Below are positions 23,661 through 31,755 of a DNA stretch of 64,000 bases, one piece after another. This DNA comes from Gammaproteobacteria bacterium (lineage in GTDB: Bacteria > Pseudomonadota > Gammaproteobacteria > JAKEHO01), in NCBI GenBank assembly GCA_022614965.1, contig JAKEHO010000071.1, positions 19,804-83,803 of the forward strand, given 5' to 3'. The translations under genes and the position numbers were made by a program. How positions within the stretch are numbered: position 1 is the first letter of the stretch; every line of letters starts with the position of its first letter. The notes under the pieces are model-generated. The model was not told the origin of the DNA. It did no database searches and worked only from the letters and a program-made list of their open reading frames with translations.

Positions 23661-24328
23661 TCAAACCGCCAGTGGAGAGTACCAGTTGCCACGGCGCCCC
23701 GGTGTGGTGTCTAAGACGTTCCACAGCGGCCACATCGGATCCCTATGGCGCACATCGCCTTCCACCTCGGTATACCAGAGCTCCGATCCGAAAAAGCGAT
23801 GGATTGGGTCATTTCGCAGCACAAATACATTAGCCATTGGCGTGTGTGCGCCTTTCGCATCCTCGGCGAAGTAGTCGCTGTGGTAGCTGTTGTTTGCGGA
23901 TGAGAGCAAACACAAATTGTTCCAACCGCGCACCTATGCGAACTCGACGATCCGTTCGGTGGGCGAGCGCGCGGCTACCGCGAAATTGATCCGCTGCATG
24001 ATGTGGCGTGCATTGCCATCGAGCCCATCGAGGAGCGAGTTGCACGTCGGGCACGGTTTATCCATCTTCGGCCCATACAGGAACCGTAATGGAACAACGC
24101 GTCCTTATCGCCTTCGAACAGCTCCGACAGCCTGATCTTGCATACCTTTCCGCTGTGGTTCAGCTTCTCGAACACGTAGTCCGCTCTGACCACGCGGCCT
24201 AGTTGCACCGTTTTCGGCAGTGGCGCTATGCGTTCGATCTGCTGTCTGAGCCCGAGCCGTGCTTTCAGGAGATCATTTCGGGCTTGGCGGTATTCAGTTG
24301 TTTCGTTCGGAAACTTGGGGGTTGTCGT
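23661..24328 (-). pseudogene. DUF899 (thioredoxin-like) pseudogene, decayed paralog of 30883..31551
   Basis: Aligns along its whole length with the intact copy. The start codon ATG is ACG here (24326-24328). A 1-nt deletion lies in ..LFHYG|.. near 24070. AAG is changed to an in-frame TAG (EFA*VRGW) near 23935. The track splits it into ORFs 23661..23933 and 23975..24208. Confidence 0.85.
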
Positions 24329-24537
24329 TGGTATCTCCGCCTCTGTTACAAGTCAGTAGGAGTGTCCTATACGGGCAAACGGGGAGGAGTAACGGACATT
24401 CTACGGCTTCAAGAGAAGCTTGCCCAGCGGCTGCGGTGACGATTGCAGCTTCTATCCGTTTTCTGTAGCCGGTGATCAAAGCTGTGACCGCCGTTGGAGG
24501 GATCAGGTCTCGTAGTGCTAGGTCTGAATATCCTTAC

Positions 24538-24653
24538 AAAGACAGGTTTATTTTCGGTTGCGGGCGGCGCCCGTGTAATCTCTTCTGGCGTCGTATGATT
24601 GGCTGACGCGATTGAAGGCCTTACTGAGTTAAGAAAGACCCATCAATCGTGGC
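24538..24653 (+). repeat. repeat R16 (A + diverged B + C)
   Basis: aaagacaggtttattttcggttgcgggcggcgcccgtgtaatctcttctggcgtcgtatgattggctgacgcgattgaaggcc...gacccatcaatcgtggc. Confidence 0.9.
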
Positions 24654-24823
24654 GGTTTAATTGCGAGGTTGGCTATCGGACCTGGTGAACTATTTCGCCT
24701 TCTAACTTGCAAAATAGGCTTGCTACAGACCAGGAAGTGCCCAAAAATACACTTATAAAAACGGGATGAGTTTAAAGCGACCTCTTCCTGTTCGACACAC
24801 AATGAAGTACGCGAAAGGGTTAA

Positions 24824-26056
24824 TTGCCCATGGCGTTCAGTCTTGATGAGTTCTATCGCCTTAACCGGCGTGCACTGATTTGGATAATTCTTGCTGTCCT
24901 ATTGTGGTTATTACGTGATTTCGTTGATCTTATTTTTCTCACGTTTATGCTCGCCTTTATCGCCACGCCGTTGTTCCGCCTTGGACAAAAATGGCTAAGA
25001 CTACCGTATCGCATTTCGCTGGTTGTGGTTTATCTTGTATTTCTTTTGATCCTGTCTGCTTTCATAAGATACGTCACGCCAACTGTAATATTTGAAGCAA
25101 ACCAGTTTCTTGCGAACCTGAGGGAGTCTGAGCAAAGAATCGTTCAGTTGGAGAGCGATTTAGTTGACAAGTATCCGAGCATTGATCGTGCGGTGCGCGG
25201 ATATGTGCGCGGTTTTCTTGATGAAGGGACACTTGAAATTATACGCAATCAGTTACTTGAGGAACGCAAGCGTCTCGAGATCTCTGATGAGGATCTCGCC
25301 GATTATTTTTACGGGCAGCCGCTGAATAGTGAGACCGCGGCAAGCATCGATATATACTTCGCGTATGAAGATCGGTTGCTTATCGAATCCTTTCTTGCAC
25401 AAAAAGCATCTGTCTTCCGCGAACACGTTCCCAGGCTAACTAATGCTCTTTATCAGGCCCTGGCGACCGTACTGCTTGCGTTATTATTCAGCTTTCTGAT
25501 CCTCGTTGATATTGTGAGGCTCAGCAGGCTGATGGAAAGTCTTAGAGATTCGCGTTTACGTGATTTCTACAGTGAGACGGCCGAACCTGTGGCCCGTTTC
25601 GGGTATATGGTTGGAAGAGGTATTCAGGCGCAAGCCATGATCGCGTTGGTTAATACGTTTTTGACAATTTGTGGACTATTTATTTTATCGATTCCGGCGA
25701 TGGCCGTGCTTTCGGTGATTGTGTTTGTTTGCAGCTTCATACCTGTCCTGGGCGTTTTGATATCGACCGTCCCAATCCTACTGGTAGCGCTCAATTCCGG
25801 TGGTCTCCAGCTTGGGGTCGCGGTGTTGGTTCTCATAATAGTGATCCACGCAATCGAGGCATATCTACTTAATCCGCTGATTTATGGCAGGCATTTCAGA
25901 CTGAACCCCGTCATCGTGTTGACTATTTTGTTAGTCGGCTATCATCTTTTTGGAATTTGGGGGCTATTGCTCGGCGTACCTGTCGCGCAGTATTTCATTC
26001 ATCACGTCTTCGGAGTACCCGTATTCCGCGAGGCCCGGATTGAATCTGCAAACTAG
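24824..26056 (+). CDS. AI-2E family transporter (PerM/UPF0118)
   Basis: 410 aa, multi-TM, with a long central soluble loop. The C-terminal LNPLIYGRHFRLNPVIVLTILLVGYHLFGIWGLLLGVP is typical. The start is either TTG 24824 or ATG 24830. Confidence 0.85.
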   Translation: MPMAFSLDEFYRLNRRALIWIILAVLLWLLRDFVDLIFLTFMLAFIATPLFRLGQKWLRLPYRISLVVVYLVFLLILSAFIRYVTPTVIFEANQFLANLRESEQRIVQLESDLVDKYPSIDRAVRGYVRGFLDEGTLEIIRNQLLEERKRLEISDEDLADYFYGQPLNSETAASIDIYFAYEDRLLIESFLAQKASVFREHVPRLTNALYQALATVLLALLFSFLILVDIVRLSRLMESLRDSRLRDFYSETAEPVARFGYMVGRGIQAQAMIALVNTFLTICGLFILSIPAMAVLSVIVFVCSFIPVLGVLISTVPILLVALNSGGLQLGVAVLVLIIVIHAIEAYLLNPLIYGRHFRLNPVIVLTILLVGYHLFGIWGLLLGVPVAQYFIHHVFGVPVFREARIESAN

Positions 26057-26166
26057 ACTCATTGATTACGTATAAATGGGGGCTAACGGAAAAAGGACGG
26101 TTCCCGCTGAAGGAGCGTCGGCCCGGTCAGATTTTAAATTGTGAAGTTCATGCCTGACACAAAGTA

Positions 26167-26212
26167 GGGGGACAGGCTTGTTTTGGTTACGGGTGGTGCC
26201 CCGCTGATCTCG
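26167..26212 (+). repeat. repeat R17 (module A only)
   Basis: gggggacaggcttgttttggttacgggtggtgccccgctgatctcg. Ends 12 nt before the DUF429 start codon. Confidence 0.8.
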
Positions 26213-26224
26213 AGTTATGCCGCA

Positions 26225-26947
26225 ATGATGAGGTATATTGGGGTTGATGGGTGCTGTAGCGGCTGGTTTTGGGTCGGGCTCTCTGACAGATCAGATTGGC
26301 GCACTGGGATTTGTAAAAGTGCCAAGGCCCTCGGTGCCGTAGCGGCGGCGTCGAGGGTGACCCTTATTGACGTGCCCATTGGCCTTCGTGATGCGGGGTG
26401 CGAAGAACGCCTATGTGACAAAGTCGCACGGCGGGCACTTGGGCCACGGGCCTCTAGTGTTTTTCCGGCACCCGCGAGAGCGACGCTCGCAGCGGAAGAT
26501 TACACGCAAGCCAAGGGGATTAATCGCGAAGTGCTCGGTCGTGGCCTCAGCCTCCAATCGTGGGCTATCACCCCAAAGATAAGAGAGATTGATGATCTCC
26601 TGCGGAGCCCGGGTGGTCTGCGAAACTTAGTGAGAGAAGTTCATCCGGAGGTATGTTTCTGGGGCCTTAACGGCAAGCGCCCTATGGCCCACAACAAGAA
26701 AAAGCGAGCGGGTCGTGAAGAACGTGTTGAACGGATGACGAAGATACTCCCCGAGACCTCGTCGATCATCGCCTGTGTTGCTCGTATCTATCACCGGCGC
26801 GATGTCGCATGGGATGACATCCTCGATGCACTCGTTGCGGCCATTACAGCCAAACTTGGTGCCGGCAGGCTACAGACTCTCCCCGCCAAGCCGGCGACTG
26901 ACGCTTTCGGCTTGCCAATGGAGATGGTCTTTACAGAGCTATCGTAA
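26225..26947 (+). CDS. DUF429 domain protein
   Basis: Trimmed to ATG 26225. MMRYIGVDGCCSGWFWVGL is the typical DUF429 N-terminus. Confidence 0.8.
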   Translation: MMRYIGVDGCCSGWFWVGLSDRSDWRTGICKSAKALGAVAAASRVTLIDVPIGLRDAGCEERLCDKVARRALGPRASSVFPAPARATLAAEDYTQAKGINREVLGRGLSLQSWAITPKIREIDDLLRSPGGLRNLVREVHPEVCFWGLNGKRPMAHNKKKRAGREERVERMTKILPETSSIIACVARIYHRRDVAWDDILDALVAAITAKLGAGRLQTLPAKPATDAFGLPMEMVFTELS

Positions 26948-26952
26948 GATAA

Positions 26953-27011
26953 GGCGACAGGTCTAGTTTCGCTAATGGCCGATGCCTGGGTTATCTCTCG
27001 CTATCCGCTTG
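26953..27011 (+). repeat. repeat R18 (diverged A+B)
   Basis: ggcgacaggtctagtttcgctaatggccgatgcctgggttatctctcgctatccgcttg. Overlaps the last codons of the minus-strand ORF 27001..27318. Confidence 0.65.
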
Positions 27012-27318
27012 CCCCGCGCAATGCCTTGAGTTTGGCAATCTCATCCCGCCTGTCTGTCACTTGGGCCAGCATAATGCCTAACTCAAGTATCCCGCTTGCT
27101 AAAACGGCACCCGTTGCGTCATCCACCGACTCAATCGTGAGCATCTTTTCGTAGCATTTTTTAGGCAATTGTCCGAATTGTTGTTTGTATAGCGCTAGGT
27201 TAAAAGCAAGGAGTCTGGCACATTCTGCCAGATCCTCCTTACTGGAATCTGCCATGAGCTCATTAATTTGCATGTAGAAGTTCTTAAATTTTTCGAGGTC
27301 GTCAGATAGATCAGCCAT
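27001..27318 (-). CDS. hypothetical protein (helical)
   Basis: 105-aa ORF. RBS gaggagag upstream. No family recognised. Confidence 0.5.
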   Translation of the reverse strand: MADLSDDLEKFKNFYMQINELMADSSKEDLAECARLLAFNLALYKQQFGQLPKKCYEKMLTIESVDDATGAVLASGILELGIMLAQVTDRRDEIAKLKALRGASG

Positions 27319-27441
27319 GCGGATGCTCTCCTCAGTCCATCGATAGCTATAGTACGTCCCTCTACGAACAATAAAAAGACTAGAGCAAGCAGGGGCGCAG
27401 ACTAACTGACGCTCGTAAGGTCAACCAAGGAACGGGATAAA

Positions 27442-27508
27442 GGGACAGAGTTATTCTTGGGGACGGGCACCTCCGTCCCATCTTTCACGCCCGCTTGATG
27501 TAATTGAT
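27442..27508 (+). repeat. repeat R19 (A+B, covarying inner stem)
   Basis: gggacagagttattcttgggGACGGgcacctCCGTCccatctttcacgcccgcttgatgtaattg. Confidence 0.9.
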
Positions 27509-27759
27509 TAAAATCCTTCAGAGCTTTTTTGCGGTTACTACGCCACGGCTTCCACATCCTGCTATTATTCGTTCTGTGCAACCTGACTGTGTAGGTATCC
27601 TCTATGGTCAGTTTGCTAACCTGGCTTATGAATTTGTGGTTAGCTCAAATTATTGGTACAGGAATAGCCTTTACGAGACGGCCGGTGTGTAGGGTACTTT
27701 GCCGGTTTGTTTAACATATTCAGCCTCAATTAGCAGCAAGGCATATCTGGACTGGATCA

Positions 27760-28221
27760 ATGGGATTATTTGGGAAGAGTAAAAAAGAGATTCAGCGGGT
27801 CTCCGAGATGATCCGAAAAAGGATCGCAGAGATCGATGCCATCTTAAAAGAACGTGACGTGGATGGATTACGCACGTTTCTAAAAGAGCGAGGCGTAAAA
27901 TATCAAGACGATGATCGATGGATTAACTGGAGTTATCCTGAGCTTCCTGAGTTTATGTTTCAATTCAGGAGAAGGGAATTTCTTGTCGATGGGAAAATGG
28001 GCTATTCTGGCTTTCAGCTGCTCGGGGGGAGTACCCAGCGGTACTCAGTGCAGGCGCGCGATAGAAAATCCGCAACCGGTCCTGCTGCAACACGCTCTGC
28101 AAAAAAGCTAAAAGAGTTATTGTCGGGATATGCTGAATTCTATGACCTAGATAAAGCGCGGGAAGAGCTAGATAAATCCCTAAAAAAACCCAAGATTATA
28201 AAAGATAGGAATATTTGGTAA
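27760..28221 (+). CDS. hypothetical protein
   Basis: 153-aa ORF, Lys/Glu-rich. No family recognised. Confidence 0.5.
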   Translation: MGLFGKSKKEIQRVSEMIRKRIAEIDAILKERDVDGLRTFLKERGVKYQDDDRWINWSYPELPEFMFQFRRREFLVDGKMGYSGFQLLGGSTQRYSVQARDRKSATGPAATRSAKKLKELLSGYAEFYDLDKAREELDKSLKKPKIIKDRNIW

Positions 28222-28224
28222 TCA

Positions 28225-28355
28225 GGGGCAGCAGGGCGGGGTCGAACGGGGAAAGCGTTGATCATCCGTTAGGGGGCGATGCCCGTGTCATGTCGGCCGA
28301 TCTCGCTTGGTGCGATTGGTTCACTGAGGCAGCTCTAAGGCCATACCAGCGTTGG
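28225..28355 (+). repeat. repeat R20 (degenerate copy)
   Basis: ggggcagcag..[insert]..gttagggggcgatgcccgtgtcatgtcggccgatctcgcttggtgcgattggttcactgagg... Recognisable, but with many substitutions. Confidence 0.45.
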
Positions 28356-28558
28356 CACGTTACCGGTCGTGATTGGGGGTTGCGCGGCTTTGCTTGGGTC
28401 CGGAGCCCTAGCAGGTCCGACGGCTATGCTGAGGTATGTGTCTCAACTATCAGAATCATATGGGTTATTTTCTTGCCAAAACTTCGCGTTTTTAGACATG
28501 TTATCGGCTATAATGTTGCGCTGCACCACAACCACCTTTTGATGGAGGTTGATCCGAC

Positions 28559-29524
28559 ATGCGTAACAAGACGCGAAAAGTAAACCTGGCCCTGCAGGGC
28601 GGTGGCTCTCACGGGGCGTTCACGTGGGGCGTGCTCGATCGCCTGTTGAAGGACGAGAGACTGGAGATCGAGGGCATCAGCGGCACGAGCTCCGGCGCAA
28701 TGAACGCGATCGTTCTGGCTGACGGCCTTGCGAAAGGCGGGCGCAGAGGCGCGCGCCTTGCCTTGAGGCAATTTTGGGAGCAGGTGTCTAAGGTGCTGCC
28801 CCGGAACCTCAGCCCGCTCGCGCTCTCCAGGTTGATGTCACCGTATGATCTCAATCCCTTAGGACTCAACCCGTTGCGCGACATCCTGGCTGAGCGGATC
28901 GACTTCGATCGCAGTCCGTCCGATTGGCCGGTTAAGCTGTTCATCAGTGCCACCGAGGTGCAAACGGGTAAGATCAAGATCTTCACCAATCATCACCTCT
29001 CGCTGGATGCGTTGCTTGCATCGGCCTGCCTCCCCTCACTCCACCATGCGGTTGAAATCGACGGCAAGGTCTACTGGGATGGCGGATATTCGGGAAATCC
29101 CCCGATCTTTCCGCTGATTTTCGAATGCCGGAGTCCCGATGTGGTTGTCGTGATGCTTCAGCCGCTTTACCGTCCGGATACCCCTTACACAGCGGCGCAA
29201 ATCCGCACGCGGGCCGTCGAGCTTGGCTTTAGTGCGGCATTTCTCCGGGAGATGCGCGCCATCGCCTATTGCAAGCAGCAGATTAAGAAGGGTTGGCTTC
29301 CGCCTCTCGGTATCGAGAGAAAGCTCTCGCGGCTGAATATCCATCTCATTGAGGCGCAGGAAGTCATGGAGCAGTTCGACCAGGAGAGCAAACTAGATAT
29401 CCGACCAGCATTTATCCAACAGCTCCACGGTGAAGGTATAAGGGCGGCTTCGCGATGGCTACGGGCCAATTTCGATCACCTAAGATTGAAATCCTCGGTA
29501 GATCTTGTGGACGTCTTTTGTTGA
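28559..29524 (+). CDS. patatin-like phospholipase (cytoplasmic type)
   Basis: 321 aa. LALQGGGSHGAFTWGVL, GTSSGA (GxSxG), YWDGGYSGNPP (DGG). Confidence 0.9.
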   Translation: MRNKTRKVNLALQGGGSHGAFTWGVLDRLLKDERLEIEGISGTSSGAMNAIVLADGLAKGGRRGARLALRQFWEQVSKVLPRNLSPLALSRLMSPYDLNPLGLNPLRDILAERIDFDRSPSDWPVKLFISATEVQTGKIKIFTNHHLSLDALLASACLPSLHHAVEIDGKVYWDGGYSGNPPIFPLIFECRSPDVVVVMLQPLYRPDTPYTAAQIRTRAVELGFSAAFLREMRAIAYCKQQIKKGWLPPLGIERKLSRLNIHLIEAQEVMEQFDQESKLDIRPAFIQQLHGEGIRAASRWLRANFDHLRLKSSVDLVDVFC

Positions 29525-29663
29525 ACTTCAAAAACGCCCTCAGCTCGATTTTCGCTAAGCATTATTCCCTTTCAGCTACGCTATTTATTCATGGAAACGG
29601 TTACCGGGGAGCCTTGTTCTACGGGCACCTTAAGTTGCCTAACAAATAACAGGTGATAATCGT

Positions 29664-29947
29664 ATGGATGTAAAAGTATTAGCTCCTGTATTTACAGCAA
29701 TCTTTATCGCTGAGTTGGGCGATAAGACACAATTGGCGACAATGCTATTTGTCGCGGATAAGCAAGTGAGTAAGGCAACGGTTTTTTTGGTGTGTCATTG
29801 GCCCTTGTGGTTGCTTCGGCTGATTCTTCACTGGCGATTTTTGCCAGTCTACTCACGGGCCGCGCACGGGGAGGGTGCATATTTCACCTTGCATTAGGAT
29901 TGGTCGGGCTAGCGGGGGGCTTGCTTTTGGCACTTACCACTCGTTAA
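29664..29947 (+). pseudogene. UPF0016 (GDT1/TMEM165-like) family membrane protein, frameshifted
   Basis: The N-terminus FIAELGDKTQLATMLF carries the family ELGDKTQ motif. The reading frame breaks in the T7 run at 29782-29788. The -1 frame continues GVSLALVVASADSSLAIFASLL...GLLLALTTR to TAA 29945-29947. Confidence 0.65.
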
Positions 29948-30137
29948 GCCCAGTACCAAATGAAACCAAAGGGAGTCCGCCACACCGTCGTGAAGCACCA
30001 AGCCAGCACTGATCGCAAACGGAGAAGGACGCAGATCTCTCGAGCGGGATCACTCTATTAACAGCGAGTGACGGGGAATTTCTACAGGCGTTCACGGTCT
30101 GAATTAGTAATTATGGGAGAGTGCAATTGGAGGTTTG

Positions 30138-30704
30138 ATGAAACGCCGAAACTTGCTTAAAGGCATGGTGGCGGCGCCCTTGCTGATGGTGATGGCACGC
30201 TATGGGTTTGCTGCAGAGAATTCGGGAGGATCAGTGAACGTGGAAGAGCTACAGGCGAACTGGATGGATCTACTTGCGGAGGGTTCCGACGTGGTGTTAA
30301 CCCGCGAACCGCTCAACCTCACCAAGGAGGAGTGGAAGAAGATCCTCACATCGGCGCAATTTCACGTACTGCGCGAGGAAGGCACCGAACGCCCCCACAC
30401 GAGCCCGCTGAACGAAGAAAAAAGGCTCGGCGTCTACATATGTGTTGGCTGCAGCCTGCCACTGTTCACGTCAGCGATGAAATATGATAGCGGTACCGGC
30501 TGGCCAAGTTTCTTTACCACGATTCCCGGTGCATTCGCCACGAAGAAAGACTACGTATGGCTATTGCCGAGGACCGAGTACCACTGCGTGCGCTGCGCCG
30601 GCCATCAGGGTCACGTGTTTGATGACGGACCGGCGCCCACTGGTCAGCGCTGGTGTAATAATGGGGTGGCGCTGCGTTTTGTCCCTAAAACCGGCGAATC
30701 TTGA
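30138..30704 (+). CDS. msrB: peptide-methionine (R)-S-oxide reductase MsrB with Tat-type signal
   Basis: KRRNLLKG twin-arginine motif followed by a hydrophobic region. Zn CxxC pairs (CVGC, CVRC). Catalytic RWCNNG. GHVFDDGP. Confidence 0.9.
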   Translation: MKRRNLLKGMVAAPLLMVMARYGFAAENSGGSVNVEELQANWMDLLAEGSDVVLTREPLNLTKEEWKKILTSAQFHVLREEGTERPHTSPLNEEKRLGVYICVGCSLPLFTSAMKYDSGTGWPSFFTTIPGAFATKKDYVWLLPRTEYHCVRCAGHQGHVFDDGPAPTGQRWCNNGVALRFVPKTGES

Positions 30705-30827
30705 GCAATCAGGTTTGTTGAGGCCCTTGCTACCCTATGCTCGGGTCAACTGACGTCGAATACGGCCTCAGTAACCTGGCCGCACCCGCCGCGCACGGTG
30801 TCCATGACAAGGGCGCAGGTGAGATGA

Positions 30828-30850
30828 GCGGGCAGATTTTTAATTGTTAG
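30828..30850 (+). repeat. repeat R21 (5' fragment of module A)
   Basis: gcgggcagatttttaattgttag. The counterpart of R15, next to the intact DUF899 copy. Confidence 0.55.
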
Positions 30851-30882
30851 ATTCTTCGAGTGCTTTCTCAGACCATGGGAAG

Positions 30883-31551
30883 TCAAACGGGGAGTGGAGG
30901 GTACCAGTCGCCCCGTCCACCCGGTGTGGTGTCTAAGACGTTCCACAGCGGCCACATGAGGTCCATATGACGCGCATCGCCTTCTGCGTCGGCATACAGC
31001 AACTCGGTTCCCCAGAAGTGATGGATCGCGCCATTTCGACGAACGAACACGTTGGCCATCGGCATCTGCTGGCCTTCCTCATCTTCAGCGAAGTAGTCGA
31101 GGTGATAACTGTTGTTTGCGGACGAGAGTAGATGCAAGGCATCCCAGCCACGTGCCTTTGCGAACTTGATCATCCGTTGGATAGGCGAGCGCGCGACCAC
31201 AGCGAAATTGATCCTTTGCATGATATGGTGAGCATTACCGTTTAGCCCATCGAGGAGCGAGCTACACATCGGGCACGGCTTTTCCATCTTCGGTCCGTAC
31301 ATGAATCCGTAAAGGAACAGCGTGTCCTTGTCGCCTTGGAAAAGCTTTGACAGCCTGACCTTAATTGCCTTTCCGTGGCGATCAAGCGCCTCGAACACAT
31401 AGTCCTCTCTGACCGTACCCCCAAGCGGTAGCTTTCTGCGCATGGCCGCAACCCGCTCAATTTGTAGTTTCAGCTCGACCTCGGCTTTTAGGAGGCCGAT
31501 TCGCGCATGGCGGTATTCAGTTGTTTCATTCGGAAACTTAATCTCTGTCAT
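30883..31551 (-). CDS. DUF899 domain (thioredoxin-like) protein
   Basis: Trimmed to ATG 31551 (RBS ggaggt; MTEIKFPNETTEYR). CPMCSSLLDG motif. 222 aa. Confidence 0.9.
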   Translation of the reverse strand: MTEIKFPNETTEYRHARIGLLKAEVELKLQIERVAAMRRKLPLGGTVREDYVFEALDRHGKAIKVRLSKLFQGDKDTLFLYGFMYGPKMEKPCPMCSSLLDGLNGNAHHIMQRINFAVVARSPIQRMIKFAKARGWDALHLLSSANNSYHLDYFAEDEEGQQMPMANVFVRRNGAIHHFWGTELLYADAEGDARHMDLMWPLWNVLDTTPGGRGDWYPPLPV

Positions 31552-31755
31552 TGGTACCTCCGGATCTATGACCAATCAGCAGGAAATTCAACACAGGTAA
31601 ACGGGACGCATAGCGGCCATTCTGGGGTTGCAAGAGGACCTTACCCAGTATGGCAGCGAAGACGATCGCAAGTTCATTCCGTTTCCTGCACCCAGTGATT
31701 AAAACGACGAGCGGCGGTGGGGCGGTTGGGTCTTGCAATGCCACATCAGGGGAAA

